From: Dehalococcoidia bacterium | GTDB lineage: Bacteria; Chloroflexota; Dehalococcoidia; UBA2979 | Direction of reading: 5' to 3' | Length of the DNA: 64,000 nucleotides | NCBI GenBank assembly: GCA_964291495.2 | Contig: OZ219871.1 | Location: 704,001 to 768,000 of the forward strand | In this document: positions 1-9,262 of the stretch, in pieces | How positions within the stretch are numbered: position 1 is the stretch's first letter | Layout of the letters: every line of letters begins with the position of its first letter | Made by a program: the position numbers and the translations under genes | Notes under the pieces: generated by a model | What the model saw: the letters and a program-made list of their open reading frames with translations, nothing else | Database searches by the model: none | Told to the model about the DNA's origin: nothing

Positions 1-759
1 TGGGCGCACGACCGCTTCGACTGGGACCAGGAGGACTGCGTCTACGAGGACATGGCCGAGCGCGTCGTCGATCTCGGCGACCTGCCGGTCGAGCTGGACA
101 ACCCCGCGGGCAACCGCCAGCTGATCCGGGACACCTGCGCGACCATCGTCGCGACGGGCGCGGTCCCGCTCGCCCTCGGCGGCGACGACTCCATCCCGTT
201 CCCCGTGCTCTGGTCGCTCAAGGAGCTCGGCGAGGACGTGACCGTCGTGCACGTCGACTCGCATATCGACTGGCGCCACGAGGTGCACGGCGAGCTGTAC
301 GGACTTTCGAGCGGGATGCGGCGCGCTTCCGAGCTGCCCTTCGTGAAAGACATGATCCAGCTCGGCATGCGCGGCCTCAGCTCCGCAGGCCGGCAGGACG
401 TCGAGGACGCGAGGGCGCGGGGCGTGCAGATCGTCCCGGCGCGGGCGGTGCATGCGCAGGGCATCGAGTCGATCCTCGATCGCATCGAGCCGGGCGCGAA
501 CGTCTTCCTCACCATCGACCTCGACGGGCTCGACCCCTCGATCATGCCGGCGGTGTACGTGCCGGCGCCCGGCGGCCTGCTCTACTGGCAGCTGGTCGAG
601 CTGATCGAGGGCATCGTCGCGAAGGCGCGGCTCCGGGCGTTCGTGATGGTTGAGCTGGTGCCCGCGAGGGACCCGGAGGGCCTCGGCGCACTCACGGCGG
701 GCCGGATAGCGAGCAACGCGATCGCGGCGCTGCTCGGCGCGAACCGGCCGAATCGATGA
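1..759 (+). CDS. Ureohydrolase (agmatinase/arginase family), 5'-truncated by window edge
   Basis: Frame is open from base 1. Motifs GGDDS, DSHID, DLDGLDP and terminal ELVP match the arginase fold. Confidence 0.85.
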   Translation, partial: WAHDRFDWDQEDCVYEDMAERVVDLGDLPVELDNPAGNRQLIRDTCATIVATGAVPLALGGDDSIPFPVLWSLKELGEDVTVVHVDSHIDWRHEVHGELYGLSSGMRRASELPFVKDMIQLGMRGLSSAGRQDVEDARARGVQIVPARAVHAQGIESILDRIEPGANVFLTIDLDGLDPSIMPAVYVPAPGGLLYWQLVELIEGIVAKARLRAFVMVELVPARDPEGLGALTAGRIASNAIAALLGANRPNR

Positions 760-857
760 TCCATCAGCGGATCGCCTCGCTGCTACAGTACCCGCGGGCA
801 GCAGCGGTGAGTTGATGTTAGTTCGAGGCGGAACCAGAGCAGCCTAGGGAGGGCGCC

Positions 858-1733
858 ATGACCGAGCCTGCGATCAACAACTGGGGCCGCTGGGGCGAAG
901 ACGATCAGCTCGGAGCGCTGAACCTGCAGTCGCCCGAGAGCGTGCTTCGCGCGCTGCAGCTCGTCCGCAAGGGCAAGATCTACAACCTCGCAGTGCCGCT
1001 CGAGTCCGACGGGCCGCAGGCGCCGGCGTTCCACAAGACGTGGCAGACGACGTACATCACCACCAATGCCGACCCTGACGCCGTTCAGTTCGTCGATGAC
1101 CTCGTCATCATGGAGTCCCACTCGGGGACGCACCTGGACGCGCTGGGACACGTCTGGACCGACGGTGTGCTTTGGAACGGCGTCGACGACGGCGAGGCCG
1201 CCCACGGGCGGACGCTCGACTGGGGCGGCATCGACAACGTATCGGCGTTCTTCTGTCGCGGCGTGATGCTGGACATTGCGAAGTTCAAGGGCGTGGAGCA
1301 CCTCGGCCTGGGCGAGGTGGTGACGGCCGAGGACATGCAGGCGTGCGCCGACGCGCAGGGCGTCGAGATTCAGTCCGGCGACGTCCTGCTGGTGCGGACG
1401 GGCTGGCGCCGCGTCTTCGATAACGACTACGAGCTGTGGCAGCGCGGGGGGCCCGGCCCCGACATCACCTGCGCCGCGTGGCTGTACGAGAAGGACGTCA
1501 TGGCCGTGGGCGCCGACAACGTAGCGGTGGAAGCGAACGTCCGAGGCGTCCCCACGCCGAGGAGCATGCGCCTTCACATCGCCGCGCTTCGCGACATGGG
1601 CATCTACCTGATCGAGCTGATGGATCTCGATGGGCTGGCGGCGGACGACGTCCATGAGTTCCTGTTCGTCGCCGCGCCGCTGCGCCTGACCAAGGCCACC
1701 GGCTCGCCGTGGACGCCGATCGCGGTCGTGTAG
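858..1733 (+). CDS. Cyclase-family metal-dependent hydrolase (kynurenine formamidase-like)
   Basis: NWGRWG-DD-LG N-terminus, HSGTHLDALGH metal motif, GDVLLVRTG, GSP end. GGAGG RBS upstream. Confidence 0.9.
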   Translation: MTEPAINNWGRWGEDDQLGALNLQSPESVLRALQLVRKGKIYNLAVPLESDGPQAPAFHKTWQTTYITTNADPDAVQFVDDLVIMESHSGTHLDALGHVWTDGVLWNGVDDGEAAHGRTLDWGGIDNVSAFFCRGVMLDIAKFKGVEHLGLGEVVTAEDMQACADAQGVEIQSGDVLLVRTGWRRVFDNDYELWQRGGPGPDITCAAWLYEKDVMAVGADNVAVEANVRGVPTPRSMRLHIAALRDMGIYLIELMDLDGLAADDVHEFLFVAAPLRLTKATGSPWTPIAVV

Positions 1734-1810
1734 GAGCGAGTCTGCTCGCGAGCGCGCGGCTCGGCGGCGCTCGCTAGTTCGGGCGACGGAAACGGACACG
1801 GGGGACAGCC

Positions 1811-3070
1811 ATGAAGATCGAGATGTTCCACCTGCACCCCTATCGCGATCTGCCCGAGGACTTCGCCGAGCGCTACCGCAGCGTGTGGGTGGACGTGCCC
1901 ACCGAGCTCTTCGACCCGGCGAAGGCGCACCAGATGTACAACGACACGCTCGATGAGCTGGAGTACGGGGCCAGCCTCGGCTTCGATGGCATCTGCGTGA
2001 ACGAGCACCACCAGAACGCCTACGGCATGATGCCGGCGCCGAGCATCATGGCGGGCACGCTCGCGCGCCGCACCCGGGACGTGGCGATCATCGTGCTGGG
2101 CAACTCGATCACCCTCTACGACCCGCCCATCCGCGTCGCCGAGGAGATGGCGATGCTCGACTGCATCTCCGGCGGGCGCATGATCTCCGGTTTCCCGGTG
2201 GGCTCGACGATGGACACGAACTACGCCTACGGCTCGAACCCGGCGACGCTGCGCGACAAGTACCGCGAGGCGACGGACCTGATCCTGCGCTCCTGGACCG
2301 ACCCCGAGGTCTTCTCGTGGGACGGCCGCTTTTTCCAGCTCCGTTACGTCAACCCCTGGCCGCGCCCGATCCAGCAGCCCCACCCCCCGATCTGGGTCCC
2401 GGGCGTGGGCTCGATCGAGACCTGGGAGTGGTGCCTCGAGCGGCAGTACATGTACTCCTACCTCTCCTACTTCGGCTTCATTCGCGGCAAGCAGGTGATG
2501 GACGGCTTCTGGGCCAAGGCCGACGAGATGGGGGTCGAGCGCAACCCCTACCAGGCCGGCTTCATGCAGCTCGTCGTCACCGCCGACTCCGAGCAGGAGT
2601 GCGAGGAGCGCTACGGGGCGCACGCGGAGTACTTCTTCAACAAGATGCTCCACGTCTACCCCGGCTTCGACGCACCCGGCTACCGAACGCTCGACAGCAT
2701 CCGTGCCGGGCTCGAGAGCGATCCGATTATTCTCCCCGGGCTCGAGTCGGGTCGCTCCGGCGGCTACGAGAGCAACGCCACCTGGGCGGAGTTGAAAGAG
2801 ACCGGGAACATCATCTCGGGCACGCCTGCGCAGGTGACCGAGCAGCTCGAGCAGGTTGCAAAGGACCTCTTCATCGGCCACCTCCTGCTGCTCTGCCAGA
2901 TCGGCTCCATGCCGCACGACCTCGCGATGTACAACATCGAGCGCATCGCCAGGGATGTCGCGCCGAACCTGCGCCATCTCCATTCGGAGTACGAGGACCA
3001 CTGGTGGCCGCAGCCGCTGACCGACCGCGTCCAGCAACAGCCAATGTTCGCGCCCGGGGGCGAGCGATGA
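1811..3070 (+). CDS. LLM-class flavin-dependent monooxygenase
   Basis: GFDGICVNEHH, PIRVAEEMAMLD, PRPIQQPHPPIW luciferase-like motifs. Confidence 0.9.
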   Translation: MKIEMFHLHPYRDLPEDFAERYRSVWVDVPTELFDPAKAHQMYNDTLDELEYGASLGFDGICVNEHHQNAYGMMPAPSIMAGTLARRTRDVAIIVLGNSITLYDPPIRVAEEMAMLDCISGGRMISGFPVGSTMDTNYAYGSNPATLRDKYREATDLILRSWTDPEVFSWDGRFFQLRYVNPWPRPIQQPHPPIWVPGVGSIETWEWCLERQYMYSYLSYFGFIRGKQVMDGFWAKADEMGVERNPYQAGFMQLVVTADSEQECEERYGAHAEYFFNKMLHVYPGFDAPGYRTLDSIRAGLESDPIILPGLESGRSGGYESNATWAELKETGNIISGTPAQVTEQLEQVAKDLFIGHLLLLCQIGSMPHDLAMYNIERIARDVAPNLRHLHSEYEDHWWPQPLTDRVQQQPMFAPGGER

Positions 3071-3879
3071 GCGAGTCGCAGATCGCGGTTGCCGGCGGCC
3101 GCTTCAGCATCGCGGTGCGCGAGGAGGGCAGCGGCCCGCCGCTGCTCTTCCTGCACGGCATCTCCGGGCTGCACTGGAACGCCGTGCTCGACGACCTCGC
3201 CACGCGTCATCGCGTGATCGCGCCGCGGCATCCCGGCTTCGGCGACGCGAGCCAGGTCGAGCTCGACGACATCGGCGACCTCGTCTACGCCTACCTCGAC
3301 CTGCTCGACGCCCTCGCCCTCGAGGGCGTGCCGGTGGTCGGGCACTCGCTCGGCGGCATGATCGCGGCCGAGCTGGCGGCGGCGCAGCCGCGGCGCTTCT
3401 CGAGGCTCGTGCTGCTGGCGCCGCTGGGGCTGTGGGACGGCTCGCGGCCGATCTTCGACTTCTTCGCCTGCACCCCGTGGGAGATGGCCGACGCCTTCTT
3501 CGCCGACCCTGAGAGCGAGGCCGCGCTGAACGCCGGTGAGACCGGGCTCGCGCGCATGGTCGAGCTCGAGATCGGCAGCGACGAGCACGGCGCGCTTGTC
3601 GAGAGTTACGTGGAGCGCCGGAAGGCCCTGGCCACGGCCGCGAAGTACCTCTGGCCGATCCCGAACCGCGCGCTGAGCAAGCGCATCCACCGCATCGCCG
3701 CGCCCACGCGGCTGATCTGGGGTTCGCAGGACCACGTCGTGCCGCCCTCGTACGCCGACGACTTCGCGGCCGCCATCGCCGGAGCCGAGATCCGCATGAT
3801 CGAAAACGCCGGCCACGAGCTGCTGCTCGAGCAGCCCGGGTCGGTCGCCGAGGCGATCGAGGAGTTCACCGGCGCGTAG
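3067..3879 (+). CDS. Alpha/beta hydrolase
   Basis: ATGA overlap with the LLM stop. HG oxyanion motif, GHSLGG nucleophile elbow, D..V and AGH triad residues. Confidence 0.88.
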   Translation: MSESQIAVAGGRFSIAVREEGSGPPLLFLHGISGLHWNAVLDDLATRHRVIAPRHPGFGDASQVELDDIGDLVYAYLDLLDALALEGVPVVGHSLGGMIAAELAAAQPRRFSRLVLLAPLGLWDGSRPIFDFFACTPWEMADAFFADPESEAALNAGETGLARMVELEIGSDEHGALVESYVERRKALATAAKYLWPIPNRALSKRIHRIAAPTRLIWGSQDHVVPPSYADDFAAAIAGAEIRMIENAGHELLLEQPGSVAEAIEEFTGA

Positions 3880-3959
3880 CCGCCCGCCGGGGCGTGCGGG
3901 GCGCCGCGCGAGAGACGCACGTTCCGGGCACATCCAGGGCCGGCCGCAAGGAGCACCCC

Positions 3960-4832
3960 ATGACTGAGCCTGCCATCCACAACTGGGGCCGCTGGGGCGA
4001 AGACGACCAGCTGGGGACGCTCAACCTGCAGTCGCCGGAGAGCGTGCTGCGCGCGCTGCAACTCGTCCGCCGCGGCAAGGTCTACAACCTCTCCGTGCCG
4101 CTCGCGGAGCACGGCCCGCAGGCCCCGATGTTTCACAAGACGTGGCAGACGACCTCTCTCTACACGAGCCCCGAGCCCGACGCCGTCGACTTCGCAGGTG
4201 ACGTGGTCACCATGGTGACGCAGTCGGGCACGCACCTCTGTGGGCTGTCGCACTGCTGGACCGACAACACGCTCTGGAACGGCGTCGGCCACGACAGGAT
4301 CACCAGCTACGGCTCCGCATGGGCGGGTGTCGAGAACATCCCGGCGTTCGTCTCCCGCGGGGTGATGCTCGACATCGCGAAGTTCAAGGGCGTGGAGCAC
4401 CTCGGTCTGGGCGAGGTGGTGACGGCCGAGGACATGGAAGCGTGCGCCGCCGCGCAGGGCACGGCGGTTGAACCCGGCGACGTGCTGCTGGTGCGCACGG
4501 GCTGGCTCAAGCTCTTCGAGAGCGACCGCGAGCGGTGGGAGCAGGGCTGCCCCGGTCCCGACGCCTCGTGTACGGCGTGGCTGCGCGAGAAGGACGTGAT
4601 GGCCATCGGCGCCGACAACCTCGCCGTGGAAGCGGACGTGCGCGCGAACCCCTTCCCCACGCGCCTGAAGTTGCACCTCACCGCGATGCGCGATCTGGGC
4701 GTGTACATGATCGCGACCCTCGACCTGGAAGCGCTGGCGGCGGACGAGGTCCATGAGTTCCTGTTCATCGCCGCGCCGCTGCGCATGCCCGGGGCCACCG
4801 CCTCGCCGCTGACGCCGCTCGCGCTGGCGTAG
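3960..4832 (+). CDS. Cyclase-family hydrolase paralogue with altered metal motif
   Basis: AAGGAG RBS before ATG 3960. Near-identical N-terminus to 858..1733. Motif reads QSGTHLCGLSH. Confidence 0.88.
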   Translation: MTEPAIHNWGRWGEDDQLGTLNLQSPESVLRALQLVRRGKVYNLSVPLAEHGPQAPMFHKTWQTTSLYTSPEPDAVDFAGDVVTMVTQSGTHLCGLSHCWTDNTLWNGVGHDRITSYGSAWAGVENIPAFVSRGVMLDIAKFKGVEHLGLGEVVTAEDMEACAAAQGTAVEPGDVLLVRTGWLKLFESDRERWEQGCPGPDASCTAWLREKDVMAIGADNLAVEADVRANPFPTRLKLHLTAMRDLGVYMIATLDLEALAADEVHEFLFIAAPLRMPGATASPLTPLALA

Positions 4833-4843
4833 GGGTCCGTGTC

Positions 4844-6289
4844 GTGAGCGCTCCCCGCGCCAGCACCCTGATCCGAGGCGGCACGGTCGTCACCGCGGAA
4901 TCGAGCCACGTCGCGGACGTAGCGATTGCGGACGGCACGATCACGGCCGTCGGGCCGCCCTCGGCGATGCCGGAGGCGGACGAGACGATCGACGCCACGG
5001 GGAAGCTGATCTTCCCCGGCGCGATCGATCCACACTTGCACCTCGGCTTTGGTGAGGACTGGCGGCTGATCTCGAAGATGGCCGCGCGGTCCGGCATCAC
5101 CACGATCATCCCGTTCATCGAGCTTGAGCGCGGCGCGGACGGCATCGAGTCGATCCCGGAGGCGATACGACGGTCGAAAGGCGAGTTCTCCGGCCAGCTC
5201 GTCACGGACGCTTCGATGCACGTGATCGTCCCCGGAGCGGCGGAAGGGTTCCCGGGCGCGTTCGAGGCGCTCGACACCGGCATCCCGGAAGCGGTCGCGC
5301 TGGGCGTCAGCTCCTTCAAGTTCTTCATGACGTACAGCCTCGCCGGATACATGGCGTCGGACGGGTACCTCCTGCGCGCGATGGAGGTCGCCGGTCGCTC
5401 GGGCGGTGTGATTCAGCTGCACTGCGAGAACGGCGCCGTCCTCGACTACCTGCGGGACGAGGCGATCCAGGCGGGCAGGACGAAGCCCAGCGACTATCCG
5501 CCGACGTGCCCTCCGTGGGCGGAGGCCGACGCCGTCAGTCGCGCGATCCTTATGGCCCGCGCCGCCGGCTGCGCGATCTACGTCGTCCACCTCTCGACCG
5601 GGGACGGCCTGTCCCGGATCAGCGAGGCCCAGGCGGCCGGCCAGCCGGTGTGGACGGAGACGTGCCCGCAGTATGTCGTGCTCGACGACAGCGAGATGGA
5701 GCGCCTGGGGCCCTTCGCGAAGATCGGCCCGCCGCTGCGATCACGAGCGGAGGGGCACCAGGACGCGCTCTGGCAGGGGCTCCGGGACGGCCGAATCTCG
5801 ACGGTCGGCAGCGATCACGCGCCAGAGGAATCGGCCGCCAGGGAACACGGCTGGGAGAACATCTTCCTCCAGCCCGACGGAACGTCGGTGCCCTTCGGAT
5901 CGCCCTCGATCGAGACGATGGTCGCCATCACCTACCACGAGGGCGTCGTCGAGCGCGGCCTGTCGCCGTCGTGGTTCGCACGGGTGATGGCCGAGAACAG
6001 CGCCCGGCTCTTCGGCCTGTACCCGCGGAAGGGCGCGATCCGGGTCGGCTCCGACGCGGACTTGCTGATCCTCGATCCGGACGCGAGCTGGACGATCCGG
6101 GCCGAGGACCTGCTGTGTCCCGCCGGGTACACCCCGTACGAGGGCCGCGAGGTGCGCGGCCGCCCGTGGATGACCTTCCTCCGTGGTCGCGCGGTGCTGC
6201 GCGACGGCGAGGTGGCAGTTGGCCCGGGCTCGGGCGAGTTCGTCCCCGCGGGGGGCCGCACCGCGCCTCTGGGGTTCGGGTCGGCGTAA
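4844..6289 (+). CDS. Dihydropyrimidinase/allantoinase-like cyclic amidohydrolase
   Basis: PGAIDPHLH, SSFKFFM (carbamylated Lys position), LHCEN, VHLS, GSDHAP, YPRKG.I.VGSDAD. Confidence 0.88.
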   Translation: MSAPRASTLIRGGTVVTAESSHVADVAIADGTITAVGPPSAMPEADETIDATGKLIFPGAIDPHLHLGFGEDWRLISKMAARSGITTIIPFIELERGADGIESIPEAIRRSKGEFSGQLVTDASMHVIVPGAAEGFPGAFEALDTGIPEAVALGVSSFKFFMTYSLAGYMASDGYLLRAMEVAGRSGGVIQLHCENGAVLDYLRDEAIQAGRTKPSDYPPTCPPWAEADAVSRAILMARAAGCAIYVVHLSTGDGLSRISEAQAAGQPVWTETCPQYVVLDDSEMERLGPFAKIGPPLRSRAEGHQDALWQGLRDGRISTVGSDHAPEESAAREHGWENIFLQPDGTSVPFGSPSIETMVAITYHEGVVERGLSPSWFARVMAENSARLFGLYPRKGAIRVGSDADLLILDPDASWTIRAEDLLCPAGYTPYEGREVRGRPWMTFLRGRAVLRDGEVAVGPGSGEFVPAGGRTAPLGFGSA

Positions 6290-6309
6290 CCGGGTCGGGG
6301 CAGCGAACC

Positions 6310-6456
6310 CACCCCCGCCCTCTCCCCCAGGAGAGGGGGCCGGAGGCGCGTCCTCGGGGCCGTCCCCTCCCCGTCATTCCGGCGAGAGCCGGAATCCAGG
6401 CACGCCGACCACCGCGCCGCGGAGGGAACCCTCTCCCCGGGGAGAGGGGCCGGAGG
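6310..6456. repeat. Composite REP-like palindrome cluster (two CCCTCTCCC..GGAGAGGG hairpins flanking GTCATTCCGGCGAGAGCCGGAATCCAGG)
   Basis: 6310-6346 is the exact reverse complement of 23581-23617. 6373-6400 matches 11848-11875 and 18156-18183. Lies between convergent genes. Confidence 0.85.
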
Positions 6457-6480
6457 GGAGCGGAGCCGTGGGAAGGACAG

Positions 6481-6933
6481 CTAGCCCGGTACGCGGATCG
6501 GCCGGTCGCGGGTCGGCAGGACGACGGTCGCCGTGCCCGGCGTCGTCACCTCGTCCGGCCCCTTCTCGACCCAGACCTCGATGTCGGCGAGATGGGTTCC
6601 GTCCTCTTCGCGCAGGGCCGTGATCCGGCCGCGGCCGGTGAGCGTCTCGCCGAGCACCGCAACCTGCCGATGCGAGAACGAGATCTTCCGCAGCCAGCCC
6701 GTCGTGCCCAGCCAGCGCTGCAGCATCTGCACCAGCATCTCGGTCTGAAACGGCCCCTGGATCACTCGCTCCTCGTGGCCCTCGTGCTGCGCCCAGGCGA
6801 GGTCGAAGTGGATGCGATGCGAGTTCCACGTGACGGCAGCCAGCTGGAACATCGCCACCGCCGACGCCTCCACCGTGTGGGAGGGGATCTCCTGTCCCAC
6901 CTCGAGGTCTTCCCAGTACGCGGCGTCGGTCAC
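6481..6933 (-). CDS. MaoC-like hot-dog dehydratase
   Basis: GTG start after GGGGGAG. YWEDLEVG, TWNSHRIHFD, hot-dog beta strands. The longer listed ORF is a spurious extension. Confidence 0.85.
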   Translation of the reverse strand: MTDAAYWEDLEVGQEIPSHTVEASAVAMFQLAAVTWNSHRIHFDLAWAQHEGHEERVIQGPFQTEMLVQMLQRWLGTTGWLRKISFSHRQVAVLGETLTGRGRITALREEDGTHLADIEVWVEKGPDEVTTPGTATVVLPTRDRPIRVPG

Positions 6934-6944
6934 GGTCGCTCCCC

Positions 6945-7451
6945 CTAGAGCAGGATGGTGGTCGATCGCACCGTCAGCACCAGCTCCCCGCTGGTGTCGT
7001 AGTACGTCAGCTCGGTCTCGACGAAGACGAGCGGGCCGCTGCGACCGCGCCGCTCCTCGATGCTGCTGATGCGCGAGCGCCGCGTCAGCACGTCGCCGGG
7101 CCGGATCGGCCGCACGTAGTCGACCTCCTGCCCGCCGAACAGGTCCCGAGGCAGGGGGACCGGTGGTTTCAGCTCGGCGTCCTCGTTCGGGAGGCCGTCC
7201 TCCTGCAAGTCTTCGTGCCGGAGCGGCTGGATGAAGGGGATCGGGTAGAACAGGAACGGCGCGATGATGCCGCTGAACGGGCTCGCCTGCGCCGTTTCCT
7301 CGTCGAGAAAGAGGGGGCTGTGGTTGTCGACGGCATGCGCGTAGCGCTCGATGTCGCGCTGCGTCACCTCCGCCGTCACGACCGGCCCCTCGCGACCAAT
7401 CCACGAGAGAATCTCGTCGGTGAGGACCGGTTCGTACTCGTCGTCGGCCAT
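6945..7451 (-). CDS. MaoC dehydratase N-terminal-type (FAS1-like) hot-dog protein
   Basis: IERYAHAV...SPL, IAP, RPIRPGDVL, GRSGPLVFV pattern. Confidence 0.82.
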   Translation of the reverse strand: MADDEYEPVLTDEILSWIGREGPVVTAEVTQRDIERYAHAVDNHSPLFLDEETAQASPFSGIIAPFLFYPIPFIQPLRHEDLQEDGLPNEDAELKPPVPLPRDLFGGQEVDYVRPIRPGDVLTRRSRISSIEERRGRSGPLVFVETELTYYDTSGELVLTVRSTTILL

Positions 7452-7596
7452 CGCGCCCCCGCTCGGCTCGCCGATCATAGGGTCGCGCCGAGGGCGTGTC
7501 GACGCGCGGCGAGTCCGCCTCGCGGGTGCCGGGTCGAGCGCCACGCGCTAGGCTACGGGCAGTCCAGCCGCCCACCGCGCAGACGGGGATCTGCCG

Positions 7597-8019
7597 ATGA
7601 CCAGCGAGTACGCCAAGCCCCTGCCGGTCCAATCGGACGAGGAGCTGACCGCGCCCTTTTGGGAGGCCGCGAAGCGCCACGAGTTGCTGATCCCGCGCTG
7701 CGCGCGCTGCGACGCCTACTTCTGGTATCCGCGGCCCGCCTGCCCGAATTGCCTGCGTGAGGGCTGGGAGTGGACGCCCGTGAGCGGCAAGGCGCGGCTC
7801 CACACGTTCACCATCGTGCGGCAGCCCGCCGACCCCAGCTTCGCCGAGGAGACGCCGTACGTGTACGCGGTGGTGCAGCTCGAAGAGGGCCCGCGCATGA
7901 TCTCGAACGTGATCGACGCCGATCCGCTCACCGAGGTCGAGGTCGACATGCACCTCGAGGTGACGTTCGACGACGTCACCGACGAGTGGACGCTCGTGAA
8001 GTGGCGGCCGGCCAGCTGA
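7597..8019 (+). CDS. DUF35 Zn-ribbon/OB-fold protein (ChsH2 C-terminal-like)
   Basis: PFWEA, CARC...YPRPACPNC Zn ribbon, V.LEEGPRM OB-fold. Confidence 0.92.
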   Translation: MTSEYAKPLPVQSDEELTAPFWEAAKRHELLIPRCARCDAYFWYPRPACPNCLREGWEWTPVSGKARLHTFTIVRQPADPSFAEETPYVYAVVQLEEGPRMISNVIDADPLTEVEVDMHLEVTFDDVTDEWTLVKWRPAS

Positions 8020-8047
8020 GCGCGGCGAGGCGGATGGGAGCCACGCC

Positions 8048-9190
8048 GTGAGCTTGCGGGGACGGACGGCGATCGCCGGGTACTGCGAACTGCCCACGAG
8101 GCGCACGTACCCCGGTCGCAACACCTTCAGCCTGCTGGCGGAGGCGGCGCGCGGCGCGATCACGGACGCTGGACTCCGGCAAGCCGACATCGACGGCCTG
8201 ATCTGCTCGGGGGTCATGCCGATGTCGCTCGCGGAGCACTTCCGGCTCAAGCTGCGCTTCACGGAATCGATGACCGTGCAGGGCGCCGGTCCCGCGGGTT
8301 CGATCGTGACGGCGGCGGCCGCGATCCACGCAGGGCTGGCGAACTACGTGCTCTGCGTCTTCGGCGAGTCGCTCCAGGACGTCCCATGGCCCGTGCGCGC
8401 AACGACCGCCGAGTGGGAGGCCCCGTTCGGCCCGGTGATCGCCGCCAACGGCGACTACGGACTGATCAAGCAGCGCTACATGTTCGAGTTCGGCACGACG
8501 CAAGAGCAGTTCGCCAAGTGCGCCGTGGACGAGCGCTTCAACGCCGCCGACAACGAGCACGCGGTCTGGGCCGGGCAGCCGATCAGCATCGAGGACGTCC
8601 TCAACTCGCGCTTCACGAACGACCCGCTGCACCTGCTGGAGAGCGTGATGCCCTGCTCCGGCGCGGCGGCGGTGATCGTGACCTCGGCCGACCGCGCTCG
8701 CTCGCTGCGGAACCCGCCCGTCCACATCCTCGGGGCGGCCGGGCCGGCCACCTCGCACCACTCGATCTGGCAGGAGGACGAGATCACGACGACTCCGGTG
8801 GTGCTGTCCGCCCCGACTGCGCTGGAGATGGCGCAGTACAGCGTGCGCGACGTGGAGTTCGCGCAGTTCTACGACCCCTACACGATCCTCGTGATGATGA
8901 CGCTGGAGGACGCCGGCATCTGCCCAAAGGGCGAGATCGGCGCCTTCTACGAGGAGACCGACACGACCTACAAGGGCGAGTTCCCGATCAACACGGACGG
9001 CGGCCAGATCGGAGCCGGGCAGCCCGGCGACGCAGGCGGCCTCCGCCACGTCGTCGAGGCCGCGCGCCAGATCATGGGGCGCGCCGGCGTGCGGCAGGTG
9101 GAGCGCAACGACCTCTGCCTGGTCAACGGAAACGGCGGCTTCGCAAGCGTCCAGGCCACGCTGGTGCTCGGTTCGAGCGCCACCCTTTGA
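8048..9190 (+). CDS. SCP2/Ltp2-like thiolase-fold protein
   Basis: Thiolase fold (GAAAVIVTS, FYDPYT, PINTDGG), no N-terminal catalytic Cys, adjacent to DUF35. Confidence 0.85.
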   Translation: MSLRGRTAIAGYCELPTRRTYPGRNTFSLLAEAARGAITDAGLRQADIDGLICSGVMPMSLAEHFRLKLRFTESMTVQGAGPAGSIVTAAAAIHAGLANYVLCVFGESLQDVPWPVRATTAEWEAPFGPVIAANGDYGLIKQRYMFEFGTTQEQFAKCAVDERFNAADNEHAVWAGQPISIEDVLNSRFTNDPLHLLESVMPCSGAAAVIVTSADRARSLRNPPVHILGAAGPATSHHSIWQEDEITTTPVVLSAPTALEMAQYSVRDVEFAQFYDPYTILVMMTLEDAGICPKGEIGAFYEETDTTYKGEFPINTDGGQIGAGQPGDAGGLRHVVEAARQIMGRAGVRQVERNDLCLVNGNGGFASVQATLVLGSSATL

Positions 9191-9214
9191 CAGTCACCTT
9201 TCGGGCGATAGAAT
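9187..9214 (+). promoter_or_regulatory. Sigma70-type promoter with conserved operator-like core (copy 1)
   Basis: TTGACA-16 bp-TAGAAT containing CTTTCGGGCGATAGAAT, identical in copies at 15496 and 20604. Confidence 0.8.
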
Positions 9215-9262
9215 CCCCGTTGACCCGACCGGCGACGAGCAGCGGCGGACGAGGGAACCTCG

